The notes under the pieces are model-generated. The model worked only from the letters and a program-made list of their open reading frames with translations. It was not told the DNA's origin and did no database searches. Positions 37,905-51,731 of a DNA stretch of 64,000 bases are shown here, piece by piece. Location: positions 143,468,001 through 143,532,000 of the forward strand of contig OZ024741.1 in NCBI GenBank assembly GCA_964016885.1, written 5' to 3'. The position numbers and the translations under genes are program-made. Each line of letters opens with the position of its first letter. The stretch's first letter is position 1. Source of the DNA: Eledone cirrhosa (Eukaryota).

Positions 37905-38930
37905 TGTATTGTATATGGGTATGTTGTTATATATATATATATAAAATGAGTGTATATTCTATATGGGTATGTATTATATACATATGTGTGTATATCTATA
38001 TATTCATATATCTATGTGTATATATATATACATATACATACACCTGTCATTTAACTCCCATTCTCCTTGTATATATACATTGTTTATTTTTACAAGGAAA
38101 AGATTGGCAATGACTTCAAAGTTTTGCATGTGGTTGACATCATCATTAAGCTGCAGTTTATTTTGGTTGGTGGAGTATAATGGGTTTATAAATGCATTTA
38201 TTTATTTATTAACATTTAATTTCATATAAAATTTGATTGAGTAGTGAAAAATCATTTAAATCAGAACAAGAAACTATAGTTTGACGAAGACAACAACAAA
38301 CAAAACTTTGAAAATTACTGTCAACTGTTTCCTTGTCAAAATACTTTTTTGTACTCTACTTATGTGTATTGAGTGCTCATTGAGTTAATGTTTGACTATT
38401 TCTGTTTATGGTTATACATAAAACAATATATAATTATATGCTTATATATGTGTGTGTATATATATATATATATATACTAACTACAGTATATATATATACT
38501 GTAGTTAATATAATATAAGTTTGGATGAAATATCCAAGAATAAGAGCATTCAGTCCATAGGATGATTTAAGAATAATATATATATATGTGTGTGTGCACA
38601 TAATTGCATGCATATGTATTTAAGTGAAATAGCAGCACAATTCTCTACAACTCCCTGCCTGAACTGCATTTGCCTTACTGGCCTTCACATAGACATCTCT
38701 AACTGCACTGGAGTACAGTGAAGCCAATCACCACCACCAACTAACCAAGTAAGCCACTCTGCCCTTGCATCTATTCACCCCATTGTTGCCAGGCCTTTTC
38801 CTTCCCCTTTATCTCTCCATTCCAGACAAGTTCCTCTTCATATAGGAGTCAGCTATGTTAAAGATAAGAAAGTATTTCGCAAAAGCTATTTCATCTCTAT
38901 CTATATGTGAATGGGAATATGTTTGTGTAT

Positions 38931-40509
38931 GAGATAAATGTGTCCGGGATGATGCCGGTGTACTTAGTGTCACGAATGATCAGAAAAAGGAGGCCTGGAA
39001 ATGTCATTATGAGAGACTGATGAATGTGGAGAACAAATGGGAGAGAGAGAAATTACCCTTGGTAGATCCGACAGAGGGACCAGCTATTGAGATTGACGAA
39101 TATAGGGTCCAAGAGGCGATTAGGGAAATGAAAAATGGTAAGACTGCCGGACCATCGGGAATAGTTGCTGAGATGCTGAAGGCATCAGGGGACGTAGGCA
39201 CTAAACTGGTTGCACGCATCATCAATCAGGCTATATATGGTGGTGTCATGCCCAAAGACTGGTGCAGCAGTATTCTCATAAATTGCTATAAAGGTAAAGG
39301 GGATGCTTTGGAGAGGAGCAATTATAGGGGTATAAAACTGATAGATCAGGTTATGAAAGTGGCAGAAAGGATTTTAGCACAACTAATTAGAGAAAGGGTC
39401 AAACTAGATGAGATGCAGTTTGGTTTTGTGCCTGGGAAGAGTACAACAGATGCCCTTTTCTTGGTGAGACAATTGCAAGAAAAGAATAAGCCACTATACT
39501 TAGCCTTTGTTGACCTAGAGAAGGCCTTTGATAGGGTACCCCCGATCTGTCATCTGGTGGTCCCTAAGGAAGCTAGGTGTTGAGGAATGGCTTGTGAGGA
39601 CTGCAAACTTTGTACAGAGGTACTCTCAGTAAAGTCAGGGTAGGAATGGAGTTTAGTGAGGAATTCCAGATACAAGTAGGAGTACATCAGGGTTCGGTCC
39701 TCAGCCCGCTCTTGTTCATTATAGTCCTCCAAGCCATAACAGGAGTTTAAGACTGGCTGTCCATGGGAACTTCTCTATGCTGACGATCTGGTTCTTATAG
39801 CAGAATCAGTAGAGGAGCTAGAGAATAAATTCTGGCTATAGAAACAGCAGTTGGAAGCAAGAGGACTGAGAGTGAATCTAGCTAAGACAAAAGTGTTGAG
39901 TAGAAAAGAGGACAAAACCCTGATTCCGTCAGGGAAATGGCCATGTTCGATATGCAGAAAAGGAACTGGCATAAATTCTATAAAATGCACACAATGCAGA
40001 TCCTGGGTACACAAGAGATGTAGCGGGATAGCAGGCAAACTAACAGGTAGGGAGGTATGCAGTAGATGTACAGGGAAATTAGACAGTAGAAGTCACATTG
40101 ATAGACACATTTTTCAAATGCAGGAGGGCGCTATAGAAGTGGTGGATAGCTTCCGGTACCTAGGAGATCAGATTAGCATGGGAGGAGGGTGTTCCGAGGC
40201 CATAGAATAAGGACGGGTTGGAAGAAGTTTAGGGAGCTGCTTCCTCTGTTGACGAAGAAGGGTTTCTCCCTGCGTACGAAAGGCCGGTTGTATGATGCCT
40301 GTGTGAGGAGCGTGATGCTGCATGGTAGTGAGACATGGGCAGTAACTGCAGAGGACATGCGACGGCTGGAGAGAAATGAGGCAAGCATGCTCCGTTGGAT
40401 GTGCATGAACGACCCAGCTTAAATGTGTCAGAGGGATAGAATGTAGTGTACGGGAGAGGAGACTGAGGTGGTATGGACATGTGATGCGCATGGAGGATGA
40501 CCGATGGGT
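38931..40509 (+). pseudogene. Older RTE copy (RT + PHD), frameshifted
   Basis: ORFs 39020-39583, 39851-40210 and 40189-40422 are homologous to the RTE ORF. Confidence 0.9.
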
Positions 40510-40629
40510 GATCAATCAGCTGAAGGTATGATCAGTATTGATCAGGCCCAACTCTGGAATAGACAGCTCATCAGACTTGTCAATTCCTTAATAATATATA
40601 CTGTACATGTGTGTGTGTATGCATATATA

Positions 40630-40878
40630 TATAATTACAATTTCATACACTTAACTTGTATGTGTGCTCTTAGATTTTGGAGCCCAGTTGCGGCTACCAC
40701 TGTATAGTGGAGGAGCCGTTTCAATACTGGCCTCTCATTGGACGGTAGGACAAAAAATCTGACTTGGCACCTGATGAGAAGTATTGAAACAGCTCTTCCA
40801 CTATACAGTGGTAGCCATAACTAGACCCCGAGACATAAGGTTACACATACATGTTAAGTGTATGAAATTTTAATTATA
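40630..40878. repeat. About 250-bp foldback with a decayed hammerhead-like core in each arm
   Basis: ggctaccactgtatagtggaggagccgtttcaatact pairs with agtattgaaacagctcttccactatacagtggtagcc; CTGATGA-G..GAAAC at 40771-40790. Confidence 0.75.
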
Positions 40879-40961
40879 CTGAATAAGCTCTCTTGCAATA
40901 GATTAAACATTGTTTTCCTTGATTTTTATCTACAGAAATCCTGCATATATATATATATATA

Positions 40962-42720
40962 TATTATAATCATCGTTTTTATGTCTGTTTTTCCATGATT
41001 GCATGGGTTGGATGTGTCCTTTTCAGCACAGCATCTCTTCACTTGGTGCATTCCTTTGTCATCTCTGTGAGTCTCAGCAATCTCAGATGAGCTCTCACCA
41101 CCTTTGCCCAAATCTTCCCTGGTTTACTTCTACTGGGATTTCCTGGCACTTCTTCACCCAGTGATCATCATCCATGCACATCCCATATCCATACCAATGC
41201 AGTCTTTTGTCTTGCACACCACTTTGGATTCCTCATAAACCCAGTTTCTCCCTCACTTCATCCAGGCTCATCCTTTCTCTCACATTGCACATCCAATGAA
41301 GTATGGTTACTTCATTTCTCTCCAATCCGCACAGCTTCTCTGCAGTCACTGCCTATGTTTCATTACCATGCAGCATTGTCCTTCACACACAGGTGACATA
41401 CTGTTATCCTTTTGTATGTATGGAGAAACCTTTTGTCAATAGTGAGAGTAGTTCTCTAAACTTCTTCCATCCTATCCTTATTTTAGCTATTATACTCTCA
41501 GAGCACCCTTCACCACTACTAATTAAGTCACCTAGGTAGCAGAAGCTGTTAAGCATGTCTCTGGATCCTTCCTGTGATTGAAAAAAATGTTTATATCACT
41601 GAAGTTCTTCCCCTCAATTACCCCTGTGCATCTTTTACATGCAAAATCTTCCCTTGTTAGTCTACCTGATATTCTGCTATATGTCTTGTGTATCCAAGAT
41701 TTACATTTTGTACATAGTTTATGCCGACTCCTTTTCTACATATTGAGCAGGGTCCTGTTTTCTTTCCTACCTACTAGCACTTTAGTTTTGGCTAAGTTTA
41801 CTCCCAGACCTTTTGATTCCAAATTCTCTTTCCTTAGTCGGAACTTATTCTGTAGTTCTTTTATGGATTCAGCTGTTAGGACCAGATCATGCGCGTAGAG
41901 AAGTTCCCATGAACAACCTGTCTTAAACCACTCTGTTATGACCTGGAGAACTATGATGAATAACAGTAGGCTAAGAACTGAACCCTGCTGAATTTCTCAC
42001 TAAACTCTCTTCCTAATCTCACTGGCTTACACTGCTCTCACAAGCCATTCTACACCTAATTTCTTTAAGGATCACCAGATAAATTGAGGTACTTTGTTAA
42101 AGGCCTTCTCTAGATCAACAAAAGATAAATATAGCGGCTTATTCTTGGCTAGGAACTCAGTTGCCTTACTAAAAAGAGGACATCTGTCGTACTTTTCCCA
42201 GGCATGAAACCAAAGTGCATCACATCTAATTTAACTCTTTCCGTCACTTTCATATCATGGTTGATTAGTTTTATTCCCCTGTAGCTGCTCCTTTCTAGAG
42301 CATCACCTTTTCTATTATAGCAATTGATGATTGTACTACTGCACCAGTCATTGGGTATGATTCCATCCTGTATTACCTGATTGACAATGCGGGTTATTAG
42401 TTTGACTCCTACTTTTCCCAATGCTTTTAGCATCTCAGCAACTATCTCTGATGGTCCCCCAGCTTTAGCATTCTTCATCTCTTTAATTGCTTCTCTGACC
42501 CTATAACTGTCAACTTCAATAGTTGGTAAGTTGTAGGTAGTCTCTTCTCCTCACATTTATTCTCTACATTCATCAATCTCTCATATTAAATATTCTACGC
42601 CTCTTTCTTTTGAACATCAGTGGTGCTAAGTGCACCAGCGTCATTTCTAACAAACTTTTTTCCCAACAACATCCTGATTCACGGTGACACATTGCCTTGA
42701 AATGGAGAACATGTCTCATC
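40962..42720 (-). pseudogene. Old degraded RTE copy
   Basis: ORF 42149-42478 (WCSSTIINCY, YRGIKL, MHFGF) plus decayed RT, PHD, C-terminus and tail. Confidence 0.85.
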
Positions 42721-43539
42721 TCAAGATATTGGCAAACTTTTTCAGAGTGTGTGTTTCGCATCCAGTTTGTTAAATTTGGTGGGTGAGTCTAGGTTTTAAC
42801 AGAAGTCATGAGTGCAGGTTGGTGTTTGTGAACTGATTGGAACAATAATGGTCTTATATGTGTGTGTGTGTATGTATATATATATATATATATTATTCCA
42901 TGTAATCAATGTTTGACAGATTGTGATGTAATCACACATAATCACTATGGGGGCATGGATACCTTAAGGTATTATATATGCTATCAGACAGAGTGTCAAT
43001 ATCATAAAAAAGAAGAGATACAGTATCACATATACATCTTCAGTTTATTACATCATCCTGTTATGCACATTTCAAAGACACAAATTCATTGTGTAACAAT
43101 TATTTGATGTGTTGTCATCAGACAGGTATTTAGGTGTAATGTTATTTTGTTTTTGTTTTTAATATGCTCACCATACTATGGAACTCAATGTTGGCAATTT
43201 GGCTATAAGTGAGCATATGATGTACAAACGTTGGCAAGAAGCAAGCTAGGGGTGGGGATATAGCTTGTTAATAGTAAGTGTGTGTATGTCTGCTAATAAA
43301 ACCCATATATTCTATTTCCCTGCGTAATGAATATCTCTCCTTTTCAAAGACCTTTCAGCATTGAATTTATAGTTGCCATACTGAGGAAATAGTTTATTTA
43401 TTTCTCTGATTCAGTGTTGATTAGGTGATTCCGAAATTGCTAGTTGCTTTCAGGTAGGGTTGGAGTCAATCAAATTCTTTACAGTTGTTTCAACACAAAA
43501 CTCATTAAAATACATAGCGAGGATACACAAAATGTGATA

Positions 43540-43934
43540 AATAATAATAATTGTTTTTACTTCTGGCACAAGGCCAGCAATTACCCAGTGCATTACTGGT
43601 ACTTTATTTTATCGACCCCATAAGGATGAAAGGCAAAGTTAACCTTGGCGGGATTTGAACTCAGACCTTAAAGGGGTGTAATAATAATAATAATGATTCC
43701 TACTATAGGCACAAGGCCAGTAATTTGTGGGGAGGGGAAAGTTGATTAAATCGAACCAGTTCGTTACTGGTGCTTTATTTTATCGACCCCCGTAAGGATG
43801 AAAAGCAAAGTTAACCTCGGCGGGATTTGAACTCAGACTGTAAAGAGCTGTAATAATAATAATTGTTTCTACTTTAGGCAGAAGGCCAGCAATTACCCAG
43901 TGCATTACTGGTACTTTATTTTATCGACCCCGTA
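43540..43934 (-). mobile_element. SINE family A, three tandem partial units
   Basis: ggcacaaggccagc...tatcgacccc..aaggatgaaa...gatttgaactcaga units separated by (AAT)n; third unit cut at the LINE junction. Confidence 0.8.
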
Positions 43935-46900
43935 GGGAAGAATACTTATATTTTACACCAAGAATGTATAAAGAGATATGTATCTTGTCAGAAGAAATGA
44001 ATGAATCAATGACAAAGATAGATCCATGAAGTCCAGTAAAGGGAGTAGAACATGTTGCTATGTTAGCGACTACATGCCTACTCTTTCTTGTGCTTCCCAA
44101 CAACAAAAGCACCATCTCTTCCACCACCCACAGAACCAATGGAAAGCATACCCCTTCCTGATATAGCTAAATCGGACAAGGAAGAAAGAACCCTAAAAAA
44201 AAAGAAAATGAAAACTACCCCACCTCCTCCACCACCACCCTTACCATCTACCCCATTGTCACCTCCAACAACACGACAGCAAACACAGAAAGCACCAACA
44301 CCCCAACAGCGGACACAATACACAACCATAGACACAGACAACACAAAGCTTTTAAATTACATTCAACATCACAGAAACAAACTACATACAAACCACCACA
44401 ATTGCATCCCCAGCACACATAAAAATAATAGAAATCACACAAATAAATTACATAATATTTTAAAAAATCTTCCCCACATCAATTGGAGACTACCGAGGGA
44501 ACATCACCAAAAGAATATTCATGGATATTCTCGTGGAGAAACCCACCAATGGTTGGAGGAATGGATCACCCACCCCCTTCCTAAAAAAGAGCCACAGGTA
44601 ATTTTTGTACCTCTCCCCTCTCACTTGTTTTCCTCCTATCTTGGCCAACATGGCTTCTCTCAGAATAGGTAGCATAAATGCACGTGGCCTGGGGTCGTCT
44701 TGGAAGCAGGGCCATCAGCGAGACCAGAATCTCCGAGGAACGGGCATTCGCACCCACTTTCGCTCTCTAGTGTTAGTGGGCGACTGGAACGGGATCTTAG
44801 ATGCATGCTGGGATTATGTAGGATTAGTGGATAGGGGAGGAGGGTGTAAAAGCTTCACAAACCTACTCAGGCATTTTCAACTGTCGGACAAGTATCGATT
44901 GGATTTCCCGAATGTGCCAATGTGGACTTGGACAAACCGCATCGGGTCATCCAGATCATATCTAGATAGAGTATTTTGTAGGAGAATAGATAGGTCTAGC
45001 ATAGGCTGTCCACAATTCAAGATAGTCAGCTACACGGACCACAAATTCGTGATCTGTGTGGTTGACTTAGATAGGCTTCATAGACAGGGACCCGGCTACT
45101 GGAAACTAAATGCGTCGTTAACAGCGTGCAAAGCTTACAGAGACCAGATTAGCGAATTAGTGAGGCGGGCGTTGACAACAACAAATGGTGGTTTGCCCTG
45201 AAAAGAGCGATTAAAATAGAATCCATTAGGTTTAGTAACAGAGAAAAATAGAGGCACTTAGTAAAGGCATCGCGACCGACGTGCTTGCGGCGAAATTGGC
45301 TCGCGACCAATTTTTCAACGCTAAGCACGAGGGGACAAAAGCCGTTCAATGGGCCTGGATGGCGGAGGCGCGTTGTGGCAACAAAGCCACGATCCGGTCT
45401 TTGGCGAACCATGACGGGCACATGATACTCGATCCCAGGCAGATGTGTGCAGCTTTTCAGCGGCACTTTGCTCAGCTATTCGGGGGCAATCGCGGAATGG
45501 ACTTCAGTCCCTACCTCGACGGACTGCCGCGGCCCTCAGCCACTGAGGCGGAGTGTTGTGAAAGGCCAATAACAGCTGCTGAAGTACGGGAGGCAATGAC
45601 TAGCTGCACAATGGGTAAATCGCCTGGTTTGGATGGTCTGCCCTACGAATTTTACATACATATTCCAGACTTCTTGGCAGACGTCTACTGCAACTGGCAG
45701 CAGAACAGGAGAATTCCCAGCTCTGTGAGCCGAGGAACATCTGCTCTGTGGTAAGAGTGAACGGTCACCTTTCAGAACCGTTCAACATGCGCTTGATCCG
45801 CCAGGGATATCCTCTCTCGTCCTTGTATGTATTGACTCTTGAGCCATTACTGCACAAACTGGAGACGTTGAGGGGGGTCCCACGTGAAGTAGGATGCGGA
45901 AGAACAGTGTCAGCTTATGCAGACGACATCACTGTAGTGGTGTCGAACACCAAACACATCAAGGCAATCGGCACCACACTAAGAGAATACAAGGTAGTGA
46001 CAGGAGCAATGATCAACCAGGAAAAATCAGTAGGCCTGCACCTCTCCAGGCAGGTCCATGCCGGCCAACAGCGTCGTCGGGCGCTGGATGGACGGGCCGG
46101 TTAAATGCTAGGGGTTTGGTTCGGTCCGGACCTCCAGGCAGACAAAAACTGGGAGGAGGTCACGAGAAAGGTGCTTTCTCTCACCCAGAAATGGGCCGTG
46201 AGGAAGCTATCCCTGAAAGGTCGAGCGGAGATAGCGAATGCGTACATTGCGTCTGTCATCTACTACCACCTGACCTTCGTGCCTTGTCCTAAGCCTTGCC
46301 TGACTGCACTGGAGCGTTTTCTGTTTCGCTTTTTGTGGAAGGGACGTGCTCCGATGGTCAGGCGGTCCATCTGTTGCCAACACCCGCTACGTGGAGGGCT
46401 GGGCATGCGGTGGCTGATGATGCGCAGACGTGCTCAGGCTACGGCATCTCCACCTCTTCCTCGACGGTGATCAGGTGTGGTCGCCCTTTGCTAGATACAT
46501 GTTTCCCCAGCTTGTCTCCTTGGCGGAGCTGCAGTCCTGGGTCAAGCGAAGACCGAGAGGAAGCACTTGGAGACTAGAATGTCTTCAGGCGCTTACAGCC
46601 CTCGACCAGTCAAGAAATACAATAGCTGGAAACTCTACCTTGGCTTTCTATAGAGGATTAGTGGAAGGAAAGAGCAACAACGTCCTTGGGGAGACTCTAG
46701 GCGTCGACGAAAACCAACTAGCCAATCTCTTCGGGAGAACTTTCGGGCCAGGGCCCATGGACAACTTCCAGAAATCCCTGGCCTGGCAGTGCTACCGAGG
46801 AGCCTTGCCAGTTCGGGATAGACTCTATAGGTATGGAAGTGCCGTCAGCCGAGCCTGCCTGAGATGCGCACTGGGCGATGAAACCGTTCTGCACGCACTC

Positions 46901-48640
46901 ATCCAGTGTCCGAGCATTGTTGATTTGTGGGTTTATGCCGAACACCTGCTGTCACATGTAGAATCATCATCATCATCACCGTTTTACGTCCGTTCTTCCA
47001 CGCTAGCATGGGTTAGACGGGTTGTCCTGTTGTGGGCAGTGTCTGGTCGGCTGACCATGCCTTGCTCATACAGGAACTGATCTGGCTTGATTTCTACAGC
47101 TGGATGCCCTTCCTAACACCAACCTCATTTACAGTGAGTGCTGGGTACTTTTTCGTGGCGCCTACACGTCCACTTTACAGTGTGGGCTGGGTGCTTTTTT
47201 GCCGTGGCACCTCCACGACCACCTTGCGGTGGGGGGGGGGGGGGGGACATATTGTTTATATGCTTCAGCATGTACCCATGGGAGGTCGGGTACCCTGTAT
47301 TACTGCGTGACGCCAGAAGTCACGGTCGTGTGTCATTGACTTTGAGAGGTGTAGTTGGGTAAGGTCGGCTTTTATCACCTCATCCCAAGTCATCTTGGGT
47401 CTCCCCACTCCGCGGTTTCCATCAACTTCTAGTGCTCTGCACCTTTTTATGCAGCTGTCATCCTTCATACGCATCACATGTCCATACCAGCGTAACCGCC
47501 TCTCCTGCACGCAGCATTTGATTCCTCTTATGCTCAGTCTCTCTCTCAATTCATTTATGCTTTGTCGTTCACGTATATTACTGTTACACATCCATCGGAG
47601 CATGCAGGCTTCGTTTCTCTCTAATCTACGTAAGTCTTCCACCTTCAGCGCCCAGGTCTCACTACCATGCAACATCGCTGTTCGGATACACGCATCATAC
47701 AGTCTGCCTTTCATTCTGAGGGAGAAGCCTTTTGCAGCTAGCAGTGGTAGTAGTTCCCTAAACTTCTTCCATCCCGTTCTTACCCTAGTTATTGTACTTT
47801 CTGAGCACCCACCTCCGTTGCTAATTCGGTCACCTAGGTAGCAGAAGCTGTCTACTGTTTCTACAGGGCCCTCCCAGAGATTGGTGGTACTTGTTTCCTG
47901 TGGCTGTTTGCTTGCTGTTTCAGCACAGCTGCTGCATGTGAATCCTACATTCTTAATTAAGCTTCCTGAGATCCCGCTACATCTCTTGTGTACCCATTGT
48001 TTGCATTTGGGGCAAAGAATGGAGTTCCTACCTACACCTTTCCTACATGAATGGAAAGGTGTAGGTAGGAATGGATCCGGCTATCAGCTGAGTCCATCTT
48101 GAAGATTGCCCCGCCGCCTTCCTTTAGCCGAGAAGGGCAGGCAGTTTTTATCTGCCTGGTGGCCATGGTAAAAGAGATTGTATGGTGGACACGTCTGAAA
48201 GGGTTGAGGACCGGTACTTTCCTCTTCGGTGACGCCCTCATTAACTTTTTCAGGTTTCACCTGAAGAGGAAAATCAGGGTGGAGAGGGAAGTGCTGACCT
48301 CCAGCCAGTTTGTTGAAAGGTGGGCGAGAGAGGCAAGAATGGCCCGTGGGAATGGGTCTACCCTGAGCGTGTGCCTGTAGCATTGTAGGTGGAAAACTGG
48401 AAGAGGGCATTTGCCCTAGCGGTCAGGGTAACTGTGGCTTTTCTTGTGGGCTTTCTCCACGAGCAACCCTCAGAGGTCTCCCCCATGTTGGGAATTTTTC
48501 ATTGTTTCCTTTTGTCACACTCTGTTTTTGTTTTGTTTTTTACACGCAGAAATGCCCATTTGTACCGTCCTGTGTTGCCCTTAATGTTATACTTTGTGTC
48601 AACCCTTGTGGTTAATAAAGAAAGCATTATTATTATTATT
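43935..48640 (+). mobile_element. Degenerate L1-clade (Tx1-like) LINE, interrupted by an RTE
   Basis: ORF1 remnant ending 44672; ORF2 starts MASLRIGSINARGL (44650); GDWN, YLDRVF, TDH, WKLN, KSPGLDG, IRQGYPLS, AYADD, GGLG; CX2C..H..C knuckle (CLRC...HALIQC); AATAAA then (ATT)n tail; internal deletions. Confidence 0.88.
46964..48048 (-). mobile_element. Young 5'-truncated RTE copy nested in the L1/Tx1 ORF2
   Basis: Nearly identical to 7680-8763; host frame LSHVE|WIRLSAES resumes after it; short gaat duplication. Confidence 0.93.
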
Positions 48641-48768
48641 TATCACATTTTGCCTATCCTAGCTATGTATTTTAATGAAATTGGTGTGAAAACAATTAGA
48701 AAGAGTTAAATGATTTAAGAACTGTTATTGTCATCTTAATTTGTTACAAATATATATATATATATATA

Positions 48769-49080
48769 TGGTAGTGAAACATGGGCTGGGACTGCAGAGG
48801 ACATGTATAGAATGGAAAGGAATGAAGCAATCGTGTTTTGTTGGATGAGCCAAGAGAGAAGACTGCACTGGTATGGACATGTGATGCGCATGGACAGTGA
48901 CCGATGGGTGAAGAAATACCTGGAAGTCACAATAGAGGCCTGGGTAGAAGTTGAGAGCGGACCTCAAATCATTAAGGCTGGCAGAGGAGATGTCGAAGGA
49001 ATGTGACAAGTGGAGAGATGCCGTGTTGAGAAAGACCTGTCCAAGCGTGGAAAAGTGGAAGTAAGAACAATGATGATGAT
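48769..49080 (+). mobile_element. Degraded RTE 3' fragment
   Basis: GSETWAG...ERRLHWYGHVMRM plus gatgat tail. Confidence 0.75.
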
Positions 49081-49089
49081 TTATTTATA

Positions 49090-49466
<377 letters not shown>

Positions 49467-50785
49467 TAGAAGTAGTTCACAGTTTCTGTGACTAAATTAG
49501 CTGTGGAGGTGGGTGTTCTGAAAGTACAGTAGCCAGAGTGAGAAGAGGATGGAAAAAGTTCATGGAGCTACTATCGCTGCTAATTACAAAGGGCTTTTCC
49601 CCTCAAAATGAAAGGCAGATTGTATGGAAATGAGACCTGGGCACTGTGTGCAAAGGACCTATGAAGATTAGAAAGAAATGAAGCTTGCATGCTTCAATGG
49701 ATGTATAATAACATGAGTGACAAAGCATAAATGAACTAAGAGAGAAAGTGGGCATAAGAGGAATCAGGTGCAGTGTGCAGGAAAGGAGACTGCAGTGATA
49801 TGGACATATGATGCATATGGAGGATGACAGATGTATAAAAAGGTGCAGGGCGTTCAAAGTTGATGGTAACTATGAAAAAGGAAGACCTAGAAAAACTTGG
49901 GATGAAGTGATAAAAGCTGATCTTGCACAATTGCACCTCTCAAAGGAAATGATATAGGATTGGGTTATCTGGCGTTATGCTGTACTGCAGATCTGCCTTC
50001 CCATGTGCACAGGGGGAAACAACTTGTAGGTCACTAACCTGCAACTAGCATTTTCCTACTCCTCCCTTAGTATTAATATCCATACTCACTCCCCTCCCCA
50101 CCATACACACTCCTATGTTACCTCTCTGACCAATTTAGTCACAGAAACTGTAAACTACTTCTATGGAGCCCTCTAAGCATTTAATAGAGCTTGTTTCCTA
50201 TAAAACCTACATTCTTTGCTAACCTGCCTGAGATCCTGTTACATTTCTTGTGTACCCATAGTCTGGGACATAGGATGGAATTTCTACCCACTCCTTTCCT
50301 GCACACCAAGCAAGGTCATTTCCTTGAATGAATCAAAGCCTTGTTTTCTTTTCTACTTACTAGGTCTTTAGTCTTTGCCAAGTTGACTTTAAGGCATTTT
50401 GATTCCAAGCTATGATTTCACGTCAAGAATTTCTTCTCTAATTCCACCATCGATTCAGGGTTAGATCATCGGCATATAGGTATTCCAATGGGTAGTCAGT
50501 TTTGCACTCTTCCATCATGGCTTGCAGAATGATAATAAACAGGAGGAGGCTAAGAACAGACCCATGATGAACTCCACTTGCACCCTAAATTCCTTACTAT
50601 AATCATTGTTTATTCTAACCTTGGTGACTGCTCCTTTATAGATGGCTTGAACGGCCCTCACAAGCCATTCATCTACCCCTAGTCTTCTTAAAGCACACCA
50701 GATTATGGAGCAGGGCACTCTATCAAAAGCTTTCTCTAGGTCAAGAAACACCAAATAGAGGGGGTTTTTTTTTTTTTAGCTAGGT
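49467..50785. mobile_element. Old RTE copy with internal inversion (3' part on +, 49467-50131; RT/PHD part on -, 50132-50785)
   Basis: Homology to the RTE ORF on opposite strands; 32-bp inverted duplication at the breakpoints. Confidence 0.8.
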
Positions 50786-50787
50786 TC

Positions 50788-50820
<33 letters not shown>

Positions 50821-51008
50821 GCATTGACAATGTATGAATCAGCACAATGTCTCTTGATAGTTGAAAAACTGAATTAAGTGTTGGACAATATAAAATCACC
50901 AAACTTCCACAATAGCATCCAAACCTGTATTTGAGTTAGGGTAACTTTGTAGAATGTAACTGTTTTTATTGGTGGGTTGTTTTTCTTTCATCTTTTTCAT
51001 AAAACTAT

Positions 51009-51245
51009 AAGTGCATGTACACTTTACTGTACAAACATGTGTGTGTGTGTGTACTTTACTGCACAATTATGTGTGTATACTTACTGTACAATCATGTGTG
51101 TGTGTACACTTTACTGTACAATCATGTGTGCGTGTACACTTTACTGTACAATTATGTGTGTGTATACTTTACTGTACAATCATGTGTGTGTGTATACTTT
51201 ACTGTACAATTATGTGTGTGTGTATATACTTTACTGTACAATCAT
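51009..51245. repeat. About 30-bp minisatellite
   Basis: (gtgtgtgtatactttactgtacaatcat)n. Confidence 0.9.
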
Positions 51246-51590
51246 CTTGAGTTCCCTTCTGTTATTCATGCATCTTCATTTATAGTATGTGTGGGTTTAT
51301 ATATATGTGTGTGTGTATATATATAAATGTTAGCATTTACATTACTCTATATTTACTATTGTATTTTCATGGTAAACACTTTATTTCACATAATAACAAA
51401 TCTATGAGATTTTGATAACAATACCCTAACATAAGTATGAGCAGCAGTTTATGGCTAGTTTGAACGAAAGAGGTGAGAGAATTCTGGCTGGATACGGCTG
51501 GTTTAAATGCTAAAGGGTTAAGTTATAAATAACAAACATTTACTTATAAACGAACTCAATATTGGTAGTAGATTAAATAGTTTCCTCTCA

Positions 51591-51655
<65 letters not shown>

Positions 51656-51671
51656 GATATATATATATATC

Positions 51672-51711
<40 letters not shown>

Positions 51712-51731
51712 TAGATAGATGTATTTAAAAC

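Noticed and set aside
36045-38229. Many YIYI/CVCV-rich ORFs
   Set aside because: Translations of (TA)n/(TG)n microsatellites in the probable 3' UTR
46964-48048. Assembly duplication as the explanation for identical RTE copies
   Set aside because: Each copy has its own truncation point, junction and small differences, and the host reading frame resumes across this insertion
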